DNA of 64,000 bases from Callorhinchus milii. Taxonomy: Eukaryota. The DNA is taken from assembly GCF_018977255.1 (NCBI RefSeq), contig NW_024704742.1:82214001-82278000 (forward strand), given 5' to 3'. The notes below the pieces were generated by a model, which did not search any database, had not been told where the DNA came from, and saw only the letters and a program-made list of their open reading frames with translations. Made by a program: the position numbers and the translations under genes. Positions 1 to 12,699 of this stretch are shown one piece after another. Every line of letters begins with the position of its first letter. Position 1 is the first letter of the stretch.

Positions 1-1054
1 GCGTATATATATATATAAATAGCTTTTGTTCCTCAGCAAATAAGGCAGCAATCACGACATGTATCCAAACTACTTGCTTCTTGATACTAACCTGGAATGG
101 AGGTGGGGATGTGGCATGTTTGACAAATTTTAATGGATACAAAGACAAGAACTCGCATTTGTATAGCACTCTTCATTCAGGGTAGTGTCTTGGTTCACTC
201 AAATTGAGGCAGGAATTCTAAACCATGCACCTGTATTACATGTCTATCAAAATGAGTGCATTATTTTTCAATAAATATGTCTGTTCATGTCTGGTAAATA
301 TTATAAATCTAGGCTAGCAAACTAATCTAGTAACCTCAATGACCTTAATGTTTGTCATGGTTATTACAAGGGTAATAAAGGAACTCATCAACAAAATAGC
401 AGACAAACCTTGAAAAGGGTAAAACTCTGGGCTCCTCACATATTATATGACCTGTAATAAAAATAAGTTTAGACTAGATTTTCAAGGATAAACATGTAAT
501 GGAAAAAGTCTATTAGTTGCTGACTGACCTTCCCTTGGTCAATTCCCCACCCACTCCATGTATAATTCTGCCATACATGTGGATTCCCTAAGCTGGACTG
601 ATCACTCAGAACTGAACGACCATAGAGCTATTAGCATTCCAATCTATTCTCGCCTTATAATGGCAACAGCACACAAGGTAAAGGTCCAGCCGGTTCTGTC
701 AAATTAGTTGACAGGAACAAGTACAACTCTTCCAGTGGCACAGCTAGGAAGCCACAAACTCAATACGTAATTGCTTGTGCGTCCAGTGTTAGCCACTGGT
801 GTGAAGTCAGCCTGAATCCATTGGAATTTAAAAATCTCTGCTGCTCCAAGCCTGTGCTGGAGTCGATATTTCCTGAGGTTTTGCTCTCTCCAGCCCCTGC
901 AGACTTCAGGCACAGTATCAAACAAAGAGTTGCAAATACCCCAGATTTCCCCAAGGCTACACAGACTCAAGAGTTTCAGACCATAAACCACAAGAGTGTA
1001 ACAGCACTGTTGAACAAGAGAGATTAAAACCCTGGAGACTGAAAGTTGTATACA

Positions 1055-1265
1055 CCTCTGTCACCTCTGAGACCTCTTCTTTCACATCTGAAGAGTCCTA
1101 GCTTGTCTTGTCTCATGAGCTCATAGCTCATTCCTCTAACATTGGGGAACATACTTATTACTCTGCACTGTCTCCAGGCCAGGGCAGCTTCCTTATGTTG
1201 CGGTGACCAGAACTGTATGTGGTATTCAAGGTGCTGACCACAACACCGTACAGCCTGAGTATGAC
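1055..1265 (-). mobile_element. Old CR1/L3-type LINE ORF2 C-terminal fragment
   Basis: Reverse complement resembles the CR1 LEYCVQFWSPH..KE..LE region (gaataccacatacagttctggtcaccgcaacataaggaag); compare 8610-8780. Confidence 0.6.
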
Positions 1266-2200
1266 AACTGGGGATCTAAACTCAGGCACTGTTGCCAATA
1301 AAATCTTCCAAATGCAGCAATCAACTATCTCACCACAGACCAGGGGTCAAATATGGATCCTTATGGTATCAATGATTCAGTTTCACACAAAACAGTGAAC
1401 TTATGAACTGAGCGATCAGGGAATGAGTCTTGGGTTTGATTCATCGAAAATACACAGGCAACGTTGGATGTGTTTGGAAACTGTCAGGGACAAGAGGGAA
1501 AAATTAGGGGCAGCAACAGAATAGAGGAAAGATTCCAAGTGGCAAGACAGTGTGCAAGGCAGAGCTGAGAAAAGGAACTCGTATCATGCTCAACATGTCA
1601 AAATAATAGGAAATTAGATGACAGTTCTAGATCGGTTGACAAGATTTGCTAACAAAATTTATCGACCGGAAAGTAATTGAGACGAGCAAGGTGACACATA
1701 ACAACAGGATAATTTGGCAGAATATTAAGATGAGATGATCAAATCAATTCAAGCCAACAAATTAGGTGGCATTGATATATTTATGTAAATAGAGCTATTC
1801 TCCTGTTAATCAGCTTATTATAGAAGAGGGTAAAATTTGTTTGCTTTTAAAAAAAGGTATGCAATTTTAACATTGTATTGAGAAACCATTATTACAGGTT
1901 TCATTGCCATGTTGAGACTTTGAGCTCATATCAAAGCTGTTCCACTGGAGTGGGGGAGGGGGGATGTGGAAGAGGGGTGGAAGAGGGACATGAGGTGACC
2001 ATAATACAGTCAGAGGTAATAATATATTGTAAAGTGGATTGATTGTGTATTTTGTGGGTGAAATTTAATTAAAAGTTAAATTTATATCTAAGTAGGTCTT
2101 AAGGTGAGACTTGAAGATAGAAAAGAGCGGAAGGATGAAGAGGTCAAGGGCACAGAATTTGAAAGCACTGACGGTGGTGCGAGTAGGGCAGAGGCACAGC

Positions 2201-2512
2201 TAATAATAATAATAATAATCCTTGCATTTGATATAGCGCTTTTCACGTCTTCTCGACATCTCAAAGCGCTTCACAGAATAGACTATAAAGTAAATTGATC
2301 GTATATTTGTGGGTGAAACGCAGCAGCCAATTGTGCACAGCAGTGTCCCACAAACAGTCGTGGGTTGAAAATGGTCAATTTATTGTTTTGTTTTTTGGAG
2401 GGATTATTATTAGGCGTGTGGAATAAGGAAACTTGCCCAAGGTATCGCCCTGCCTGGAATTGAACCCAGGTGTCTCGCTTGCAAGGCGAGTGCTCTAACC
2501 ACTGAGCTACAC
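2201..2512 (-). mobile_element. Full-length tRNA-derived SINE (young family)
   Basis: A/B-box tRNA head, accttgggcaagt CORE-like motif, L2-type tail with (ATT)n; matches 5426-5751. Confidence 0.9.
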
Positions 2513-2554
2513 AGCTACCCCAAGTTAGCCTTTAGAGGAAGGGGACGACCAGAG

Positions 2555-2870
2555 TAATAATAATAATAATCATTGCATTTGATATACTGCTTTTCATGTC
2601 TTCTGAACATCTCAAAGCACTTTGCAGAATATACTGTACAGTGAATTGACTGGATATTTGTGGGCAAAACGCGGCAGCTAATTGCACACAACAGTGTCCC
2701 ACAAACAGTCGTGGATTGAAGTAAACAATTTTATTATTGTTTTTTGCCTGAGGGATTATTATCAGGCGTGTGGAGTAAGGAAACTTGCCCAAGGTTTCGC
2801 CCTGCTGGGAATCAAACCCAGATCTCTTGATTGCAAGGCCAGTGCTCTAACCACTGAGCTACAGGTCTCC
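2555..2870 (-). mobile_element. Full-length tRNA-derived SINE (young family)
   Basis: Same structure as 2201-2512, about 40 bp away. Confidence 0.9.
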
Positions 2871-3952
2871 AGGAGAAGTGAGTTAGGAGAAGATTGGAGA
2901 GACAGAAAAGTGCTAGTTTGTGAAGAAAAGGCCTGGGATGAAGGATCTTAACTATGATCAGAGAGGTTGGGTCGACCTGAGTTATATTCTTTAGGGATGA
3001 GGACCTTAAATGGTGATCTGGTTAACCAACACATTATAAGTATATCTGTATCTCCATCAAGGATTTTGCAGTTGAGTCATTCATTCTCCTGCTTAGGAAC
3101 CAAAATAAAGTGTGGCGGATGTCGCAAGCAAAGTGACAGAAGAATGAATCCAAATTGTACATTAATTAGCAACTAGTGACATGTTTACCATTGTGCTGCA
3201 TTCATACCCTTCACAGCAAAGTCTTTTGAACACTCTGATAGAATAATTTTCTGTGAAGTTTGCGACTGTTTAAAGATGGCTATTTTTGACAAGCATTATG
3301 AGCAAATTAATACAGCATTGTGCTTTCAACAAAAGGAAGTTTAAGTGAACAAGGCACCAACAAATGACTTTGGTTGTTAAAAACCTCAAGGGTGGAATGT
3401 TTAGCTCAATTTAAAATATTACATTCTGTAGATTTCCCAAATCTGTGCACGTTTATACTATAGAAACAATTTGTTATTTCTTGCTCTTAAATCATATTAA
3501 CTTGGAGGTAGAGGATTGCATTCACAAGTGCAAACACAGGAGTGGAGCCCCACTAACCAGCCCCAAAGGACATTTTATTTGTATCGTTGTCAAAGGGTTG
3601 AGAACGGAATTGGCGGAATTATACATCACAGCAAAAATGTGCCTTAACGTTCTTGTTGTCAAACTTCTGGATTTTTTTTGAGCATGTTCCAAATTTCTTG
3701 CCACCTCCTGATTTTGTACTGCAGCAAATAAACATCATGCTGAAAGAACCTCGGCCCCTTTAGAGTTGTCAGGCAGACACCTCCAGCACAAATCGCCATC
3801 CTTCACACTGAATTTGTGCTGTTTTTCACAGTAATTCCACAGTCTAAACAGGGCTTGGTTTGAAAGATACAATTTCTTACTACATCTAATGTGCGGGATA
3901 GAAATGCCATCTTTCATATCCCTACATTACATTTGCATTTGATACAACACCG

Positions 3953-4713
3953 ACAACAACAACAACTACAAAATTGCATTTGTATAGCACCTTTCATATC
4001 AGGAAAATGTCCCAAGGTGCTGGACAGACAGAGTTTCAGACCCTAGCTGGGGGTCGGGATCAGGGAGGGTGGAGGGCAGGGGGGGAAGCAGGGAGAACGA
4101 AAGCACAATCGAAGAGGAGGGTCTTGAGATGGGTCTTGAAGGTTGCAAGGGAGGGAGCGAGGTGGAGGAAGTGCAGGATGGAGTTCCAGAGGATGGGGGC
4201 AGAGTGGCAGAAGGCCCGCCCGCCAATAGTGGGGCGAGCGAGGCAGGGGACGTGAAGCAGGCCACAGCCCGCTGAGTGGAGGGAGCGAACAGGATGGTAG
4301 GGGGTTAGGAGGTCAGAGAGGTAGTGGGAAGCAAGACCCTGAAGGGCTTTGAAAGTGAGGACCAGGATCTTGAACTGTATCCTCTGTGTGTTGGGAAGCC
4401 AGTGGAGTTGGGCGAGGATGGGGGTGATAGGGTCTCGGAGCCTAGTGCGGGAGAGGACATGGGCTGCAGAGTTCTGGATGATCTGCAGCCTGTGGAGGGA
4501 GGAGTTGAGGAGGCCGACAAGCAGTGAGTTTGCATAGTCGAGCCTCAGTGTAATGAAAACATATATGAGGGTTTCGGTGGCCTGTGGTGTGAGACAAGGG
4601 CGGAGGCGGGCAATGTTGCAGATGTGGGGGAAGGCAGAGCGGGTCATGGCGCCGATGTGGGGTAGAAAGGATAGTTGAGGGTCAAACAAGACCCCAAGGT
4701 TCTGGACTGGCTT
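3953..4713 (-). mobile_element. 5'-truncated L2 LINE 3' fragment
   Basis: ORF 4060..4689 encodes the L2 ORF2 C-terminus (RLDYANSLL..LQIIQNSAA..LHWLP..RIQFKIL); (TTG)n tail. Confidence 0.92.
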
Positions 4714-5425
4714 ACATCAACTATTACATCAGGAGCATGTCTCAAAGCACTTTACAGGATATACTATAAAGTGTAGTGACACTATTTTGTAGGCGAACAT
4801 ACCAAGTGAGTTGAGGCTTTCTATGTTAATATCAGATCACTTTAGAGTATATCATGTGAAGTTCTTTAAGACGTCTTGATGACATGACAAAGTGTTATAT
4901 CAAATGCAAGGATTGTTATTATCATTGCATCCTCACACTATAGTCCAAGAGAATTCCCTGATTAATGATCTATCATTCAACTTCATTCTTTTGGTTACTT
5001 ACTAAAGAAATTGAATTTGTCTTTTTTGTGTGAAAATGTATTTGCAATATATTCTGTGAAGCACTTTGAGGTGTCTCATCAATGTGATAAGGCATTATAT
5101 CAAATGCAAGGATTAGTATTATTACTTATCGGAGGTGTTACCTGTCTTCCCTTTTTTTGCATGCAATGTCAACATCTCTCAGACAACTTCAGCACTGGTC
5201 TAATCCAGGTCACTGCTTCCCTTTGATTTCTCCGAACAAAAAAAATTCTCTGAGCCGAGGCAGAGCATTGCCCAGTGTAGTCATTTGACATTTCTTCCAT
5301 TAACCATTCCTGTGAACTCCCTGAGGGAGACCCATGAGTTTGCTGCTCGATTGACAATTTTGTGATGTGGATTCATGCTCACTGGGGTCTGGCTTGAGAC
5401 ATCGCTCACTGTTCTCAACATCTGT

Positions 5426-5751
5426 GTCCTGTAGCTCAGTGGTTAGAGCATTCGCTTTGCAAGCGAGAGACCTGAGTTCAATTCCAGGCAGGGTGAAACC
5501 TTGGGCAAGTTTCCTTACTCCTCACGCCTAATAATAATCCCTCCAAAACCAAAGATAATAATATATATTGATCATTTTCAATCTACGACTGTTTGTGGGA
5601 CATTGCTGTGCGCAATTGGCTGCCGCGTTCGCCCACAAATATACAGTCAATTCACTTTACAGTGTGTTCTGTGAAGCGCTTTGGGACGTCCTCCCGACGT
5701 GAAAAGCGCTCTATCAAATGCAAGGATTATTATTATTATTATTATTATTAT
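5426..5751 (+). mobile_element. Full-length tRNA(Ala-like)-derived SINE with 7-bp TSD
   Basis: TAGCTCAGTGG A box, GAGTTCAATTC B box, TGC anticodon loop, (ATT)n tail; atctgtg at 5420-5426 and 5750-5756. Confidence 0.95.
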
Positions 5752-6753
5752 CTGTGGCCATAATGTTCAACCTATATTTCTGCTTCAAGTCATCCTGTGT
5801 AACAAAAGAAAAGGCTTCAGATTGTAAGAGCAAGAGAAAATTGAAGGAGGTAAGACATTCCACAGTATTGGGAAACAATGAAAGAATGAGTAAAGTAGGA
5901 GTTTGTGCAATATATCTTGATTTTCATTGTTCTGTTCCACACAATTGCTCCGCTCTGTGGTCATTGACTCAGACAGGTCACCCTTTGATACCTCACCCAA
6001 TTGTCTATTTTTCATACTATATTTTCTTGAAGTTCTATCTCTTTTAAGTAGTAGTTACAGAGGAAACTCACTATGACTTAAAACCTATCTATTCGACTGG
6101 ACTTTGGTTCACCTTCTGCAACCCCCACCCCTTTTACATCAGATGCCCCCCCACCCCCATCAGACAGTATGCCAAGTCAGCTGTGTAAAACTCTCGACAT
6201 AAAACATACTACACAAATGTAAATTGTTGTTGTTGACCACTCTATTTTTCCCTTAATAGTGAGTTGCCCTCCAGTGAGCTTTGCAGTTTAGTCATAATTA
6301 GTTTAAAATGGGGAGGGGAGGCAAAGATTGTGAAGAATGTGTGAAATAGTCAATTACACTGATTAATAATAATAATCCTTACATTTGGTATTGTCGCTTT
6401 CATATTGGGCGCATGTATCAAAGCACTTCATAAGATTTATTGTTAAGGTTACTGACTGGATTTTGTAAGCAAACAATTACCGAGGTGACCACAGGTGAGG
6501 TACTAATGCAGCTCACATATCCTGATTCCATTATTTCTCACAAATGCCAAATTCTGTCAAAGAATTATATTCCCTCAGAAAAGTAGCAGATTCAGTTTAA
6601 TTTTTCATAAAAGTGCATGTTAAATCAAGGAAAACAATCTTCGTGAGAAATGTTCTTTGATCATAAATGAACATTTATCCAGGCAAAAGCTGACAGAAAT
6701 TGTATTTGTGTGATCACTGAGCACTTATTGGAAGTTTAACATTAATCAGCTGT

Positions 6754-9148
6754 TTGACGTAGTTTATATGGATTTTCAAGGATTTCTGAAATGTGTGCAG
6801 GACAACTTTCTGGATCAGTTTGTATCCAGCCCAATGAGGAAGGAATTAGTGCTGCATCTAGTTCTGGGAATAAAGTGGGGCAAGTAAAGCAGGTTTCAGT
6901 AGGAGAGCATCTGGACAACAGTGATCACAACATCATTAGGTTTAGAGTACTTGTGGAAAAAGACTTGGAGCAATCAAAGCAATTAATACTCCACTGAAAG
7001 AGGACTAATTTCACTGAGTTAAAAAGGGACCTAGCTAAAGTGGACTGGGAAGAAAGATTGGCAGGTAAAACAGCCAGCGAACAATGGGATGCTTTCAAGG
7101 AGGAGATAATTTGGGGACAGAACAAATACAGAAGGGGAAAGGTAGGGCATCCAAACCTCCCTGGACGAATAAGGAAATTGGGATTAAAATAAAACAGAAA
7201 AAGGAGGTTTATGATAAATGTAACATCCAAAATACAAAAGATAATCAAATAGAATCTAGAAAATACAGAGGATAAATGAAAAAGGAAATAAGACGGACAA
7301 AGACATTGTATGAAAAAAGATTAGCAGGTAACATAAAAGGGAACTCTAAGGTATTTTATAAGCATATAAAGAATAAAAGGTTAGTCAAAGGTAGGGTAGG
7401 TCCAATTAGGGATCAAAGAGAAAATCTGCTTGTGGAGGCAGAGGGGTTGCCTGACGTACTGAATGAATACCTTGCATCTGTCTTCACAAAACAAGAGGAT
7501 GCAGCCATTGCCACAGTATCGGAGGAGTGGGTAGAGAAATTGGATACAATAAGAATAAACCAAGAGGAGGTACTAAAGTTATGGTCAGTGCTCAAGGTAG
7601 ATAAGTCACCCAGTCCAGACAGGATGCATTCTAGTTTACTGAGGGAAGCAACGGTGGAAATAACGGAGGCTCTGACCACAATCTTTCAATCCTCCTTGGA
7701 CTGGGATGGTGCCAGAGGACTGGAGGGTTGCAAATGTTACTCCCCTGTACAAAAAGGGGCAGAAGGATAAACCCGGGAACAGGCCAGTCAGCCTAACGTC
7801 AGTAGTGGGAAAACTTCTAGAGACTATAATCTGAGACAAAATAAATTTTCACATAGAAAAATATGGGTTAATAAAGGACAGCCAACATAAAGGCCTGGTT
7901 AAAGGCAAATCACGTCTAACAAACCTGATAGAGATTTTTGATGAAGTAATGGAGAGGGTGGATGAAGGTAGTGCAGTTGACGTAGTTTATATGGATTTTC
8001 AAAAAGAGTTTGATAAAGTACCACAAAAGAGACTTGTAAGCAAAATAGAAGCCCACGATATTAAAGGGACAGTGGCAGCATAGATACAGAACTGGCTGGG
8101 AGACAGAAAGCTTTTCTGACTGGAGGGAAGTGTGCAGTGGTGCCCCACAGGGGTCAGTAGTGGGACCCACTGCTGTTTTTGATCAATATGAATGGCCTGG
8201 ACTTGTGTATAGTGATTACAGTTTCCAAGTTTGCAGATGTTACTAAGCTAGGAAATGTAATAAAGAGTGAGGACCATAGTAGCAGACTGCAAATAGACAT
8301 AGACAGACTGGTAAAATGGCACGTGGCAGATTAAGTTTAATGTGAAGAAATGCGATGTGATGCATTTTGGGAAGAAGTATGAGGAGAAGCAATATGAGCT
8401 GATGGTACAATCTTAAAGAGGGTGAAGGAACAGAGAGACCTGGGGGGTCATATAAGTAAATCTTTGAAGATGGCAGGACAGGTAGATAAAGCTGTTAAAA
8501 AACATATGGGTTACTAGGCTTTATAAATATGGGCATAGAATACAAAAGTCAGAAAGTTATGATGAATCTATATAAAATACTGGTTAGGTCTCACCTAGGA
8601 CTCACCTAGAATACTGTTTTCAGTTCTGGGCACCACACTTTAGGCAGGATGTCAAGGCATTGGAGAGGGTGGAGAGATTTACCAGGATGGTACCAGGAAT
8701 GAGGGGCTTCAGTTATGAGGAGAGGCTAGAGAAACTAGGATTATTCTCTTTGCAAAAGAGAAGGTTAAGATGAGATGTTTTCAAAATTATGAGGGGATTC
8801 GATAGAGTGAACAAGGAGAAACTATTTCCACTGGCAGGTGGGTCGGTAACCCAAGGACATTGATTCAAAATAGTTGTTTAAAGAAACAGAGGGGAGGTCT
8901 GGAGAAATTTTTTTCACACAGCGAGTTGTTCAGGTCTGGAATGCATTGCCTGAAAGAGTGGTGGAAGCCAATTCGATAACAACTTTTAAGAGAGAAGAAG
9001 ATAATTATTTGGGGAGGACAAACTTGCAGGGCTATGGGGAGAGAGCGGGGGAATGGGATTGATTTGGAAGCTCTTTTCAAAGAGACGGCACAGACATGAT
9101 GGGCCAAATGGCCTCCTTCTATGCTGTATAATTCTATGACTCTATGAT
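6754..9148 (+). mobile_element. CR1 LINE, 5'-truncated, ORF2 disrupted
   Basis: Endonuclease C-terminus (HLDNSDHNIIRF), linker (KSPSPDRMH), RT motifs (DVVYMDFQK, PQGSVVGP, KFAD), FFTQRVVQVWNALPE, ATTCTATG-type tail; several stops and frameshifts. Confidence 0.95.
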
Positions 9149-9159
9149 TAATTGATAAT

Positions 9160-9345
9160 AAAAATAATAACCCTTGCATTTGAGATAACACTTTTCACGT
9201 CTTCTAGACATCTCAAAGCGCTTAGCACTTAATATACTCTAAAGTGAATTGACTGGATATTTGTGGGTGAAACGCATCATCCAATTGTGCACAGCAGTGT
9301 CCCACAAACAGTCGTGGATTGAAGTGACCAATTTTACTGTTTTTT
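9160..9345 (-). mobile_element. SINE 3' half
   Basis: Matches the 3' half of the young SINE (tagaa loop variant). Confidence 0.8.
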
Positions 9346-10114
9346 TGTCAAATGATTGACAAATGATTCTATGATTAAATTATCATTTAGTGGTTGAATC
9401 ATAGAATTATGCAGCACAGAGGAGGCCATTCGGCCAATGATATCTTTCATTCAGTTAATAATAGATTTTTCACAAGCTTTTAGGATCATCACAAACTTTT
9501 AGGAAAACCTTTCTTCTTTCTAATCTCACCTGATGAAGGGACTTCTCTTCTGACAGCCTGTGAGAAAGTCTGTCAGCCAGCAGTTAGCTGAGAAAGCCCA
9601 GTTGGTTGAAATCATAATTAAGGCTTCACATGTTACTTTTCTGCTGATTCTTCTGATTATATTCCAATTCGATAAGCATGCATTTGTATTTAGTACATGC
9701 AATCCGTGAATTAATGATTTAACTGCAATACCTTCAATCAGAAAGATAGACAGTTGCATTATATTGAAGTTTACTGAGCTATGTGTGGTGCTTTACATTC
9801 AATTTGCCTAGGCAAGTGGTTGCAGTTGTCGAACAAAATAAATTTGTTTGATTGAATATTTCTTGATTTATGCCAATTTTTACTGAAAACACATTACTGA
9901 TTGAACACGGACTTACTGAAACTCATGCGAATGTTCTGGGGGAATGCTTTTTGAAAGCCCTATGGGCCACAAGGTGGCTTTCACTGGCCCAGGCATATGC
10001 GCACAAAATACACAGTCACTGCACTTTGCAGTAAATTCTGTGAGGCGCTTGAGTCATCCTCGTGATGTGAACTGCATTATGTCAAATGAAAGGATTATTA
10101 TTATTATTATTTAT

Positions 10115-10532
10115 GCGTCAGCTTGGCTCAGTTGGTAGGATGCTCACTTGTGAGTCAGAAGGTTGTAGGTTCAAGCTCCATGTCAGGACTTTGAACTCAT
10201 AAAGTCCAGCCTGACATTCTAATGCAGTCTTGGCATAGCACTGAAAACTGTGTCGTTCGGATGAGGCATCAAATCAAGGTCCTGTCTGCTTTTTCAAATG
10301 CATATTGAAGATGACACTTAAGGAGAAGTAAGTTTCTCATTAGGTCCTGCCCAACAATCTCTCAAATAAAATCAGTGGTTCACTTTATGGCTGTTTGTGG
10401 GACAACAATGCTGTGTGCAAATTGGCTGCCTCGTTCACCTACAAAATACACAGTGACTACACATAATTGTCTATTTTGTGAATTGCTTTGAGTTATCCTC
10501 CTGACCTGATTCTATATTAGTATAAGGATTAT
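10115..10532 (+). mobile_element. Old DeuSINE (SacSINE1-like)
   Basis: tRNA-like head gtcagcttggctcagttggtag..gagtcagaaggttgtaggttcaag, Deu domain ttcggatgag, shared 3' body. Confidence 0.8.
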
Positions 10533-11578
10533 GAGTATTAATATTTTAATTTTGTTCAACTGGCAGAATTCTAACGGTGCCCATGAAAGATAACCTGGAT
10601 ACATATTGCATTGTGATTTTGCTAACATGGATTCTGGAAGTGAAGTGCAGATTGAATGTTGTTTCACTGAAAATAAAATCTGAAAACAAGGCAATGCCAC
10701 AAGACTAAATATCATGAACTTTTGCACTCCAAAATTCCGTCCAGCATGAAGGGTGCTATGTAAATGTAAGTTGTTATTATTGAATCAAAGTCTTTCTGCC
10801 GTAAGACTAAATAAATATTTTTGGTGGCCCCATTGTGTTGAGGAATCAGATGCAAATCTTATTAATAGCAACATGAAGAAATTGGTCATGAATCTACCAT
10901 ATACAGACGAAAAATAGTTTGAAATAAAAACTGCCATAAGTTTGTTGTAACTTTCTAGAAATATCTGCGTAGAAATTCACCCAGGTCTTAGATTTTACTT
11001 TAATATAGTAGCCTTCTAGAGTGCCCAGAATTTGGCGTATTGATTCATTTAATCTTAACTTTGAAGTCGTTTTTTTGTTGTTTCTTAAAAGCAAAATAAC
11101 TTCAAAATGAAGGCTGTATTGAAGAATTTGCCAAATTCTGGATGTTCTGAAACTTTACATTAATGGAATGAACAGGTGGAATTTCTTCCCAGTGATGTTT
11201 TGAAAGGATTTGTGAAAATATTTTCATTATGCCTGAATTGTAACAAATCAATCAGAAACATTAGGCAAAAACAATCTTCCCCATGGCATATTATTGGATG
11301 GGGCAGTTCAAGTCCTCACTGGGTTTCACACAAGATTTTGTGTTGTGTGGCAACGTCCTTGTTGATCATCTTCCTGCAGCGCTCTGCCATTGCAGCAAAT
11401 CTGTCATAGGATTGATGGCAAGTTAAGTACCTTCAAGGTCTTACAGGCATTCTTAGCTTGCCTGTTTGGGGGGGAGACATGGGTTGCAGTTTGTGGGAGA
11501 TATAGGTTGCAGTTTAAAGGTAACTACTGCCTGTAAATGACAATAGCAACTTGCATAAAACAATAACAGATGTGTTTT

Positions 11579-11800
11579 CATAGAATCATAGATTATCACA
11601 GCACAGAAGGAAGCCATTCGGCCCATCATGCCTCTGCCGGTTCTTTGAAAGAGCTACCCAATCGGTCCCACTCCCCGCTCTTTCTCCATATCCTTGTAAT
11701 TTTTTCCTTTTCAAGTACCTAATTACCTTTTGAAAGTGAATCTGTTTCCACCACCCTTTCAGGCAGTGCCTTCCAGTTTGTAACAACACGCTTTTATTCA
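11579..11800 (-). mobile_element. CR1 3' end
   Basis: catagaatcataga tail and ccattcggcccatc 3' UTR motif. Confidence 0.85.
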
Positions 11801-12699
11801 CATCTCTTTGTCTTTTTCTTTTCTCCCACCCGCATTACACACGGTAGTTATGATTAAAATTATTAACATGATTAAAATCAAGGCCAACAAGAATGATTTT
11901 GAAGTTACAACTGCAAGATAGCAGATCTCAGAGCAGTTCTGGTAGAATCATGTAGGAAGCAGAGCTGAACAATAAAACAGGCAAAATGGATTTATTGAAA
12001 ACCATTTGAAGAGGTTCTGGAAGAAGAAGAGAGAAGGGAGAAACGTGTCCATACAGCTGGACTGCAGAACCAGGAGGTCACAGATAACATAAAGGCCAAG
12101 AAGAATTGTTTTAAGGTACAAGGAAACATAGGACTGGGATTCACAAAATGCTTAGTTGAGTTTTACTAAAATGAACATCGGAAGAAGTAAGAAGAATTGT
12201 CAATGGCAGAAAGTGGGATCTTCTTAACCATTATACTGTTATTGACTTCCTTATTCAGTATTTCAGCTCTGGCTGTGTTTTTCTCTCTCTGCTTAAAGCA
12301 ATTTACTACGCGCTCCCCTCTCACCTCCTGCATCTTTTAACATGTGTCTCAAAGCAAACATGCTTCTGGTTTATTAGCTCATTCCATTTACAATGTAATC
12401 TCTCAGAATCATTCCATAATTTGCTCTTCTGAAGTACTTAAAATATTCAAAGATTTTGTTTTTAGCTGTGTGAGTTAGCAGACAGTATGCTAAGGATGAA
12501 ATATGTCTGCTGCTAGCTGAGACGAGAAGGAAGCTTATGTCTGTGTATGTGTTTGGGGGGTGGGGGGGGGGTGGGGGGGGGTGAGAGGGGCAAAATATGA
12601 TGTGCAAAATTAACTCTTTACATTGGTCCTCACAAACAAAAATTCTAAGCATTCATTTATTGAGTCAGAATTCCATAAGTTAACATTAGTAGAGCGTGA

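Noticed and set aside
5426..5500. tRNA-Ala(TGC) gene-like sequence (also at other SINE heads)
   Set aside because: Imperfect acceptor stem and always followed by the SINE body; these are SINE heads, not tRNA genes.
5790..5849. Possible 60-nt plus-strand exon (SSCVTKEKASDCKSKRKLKE)
   Set aside because: Weak AAG acceptor, no recognisable protein and no partner exons.
12555..12590. G-run (also C-run near 39378-39404) as a G-quadruplex
   Set aside because: Simple low-complexity tract with no functional context.
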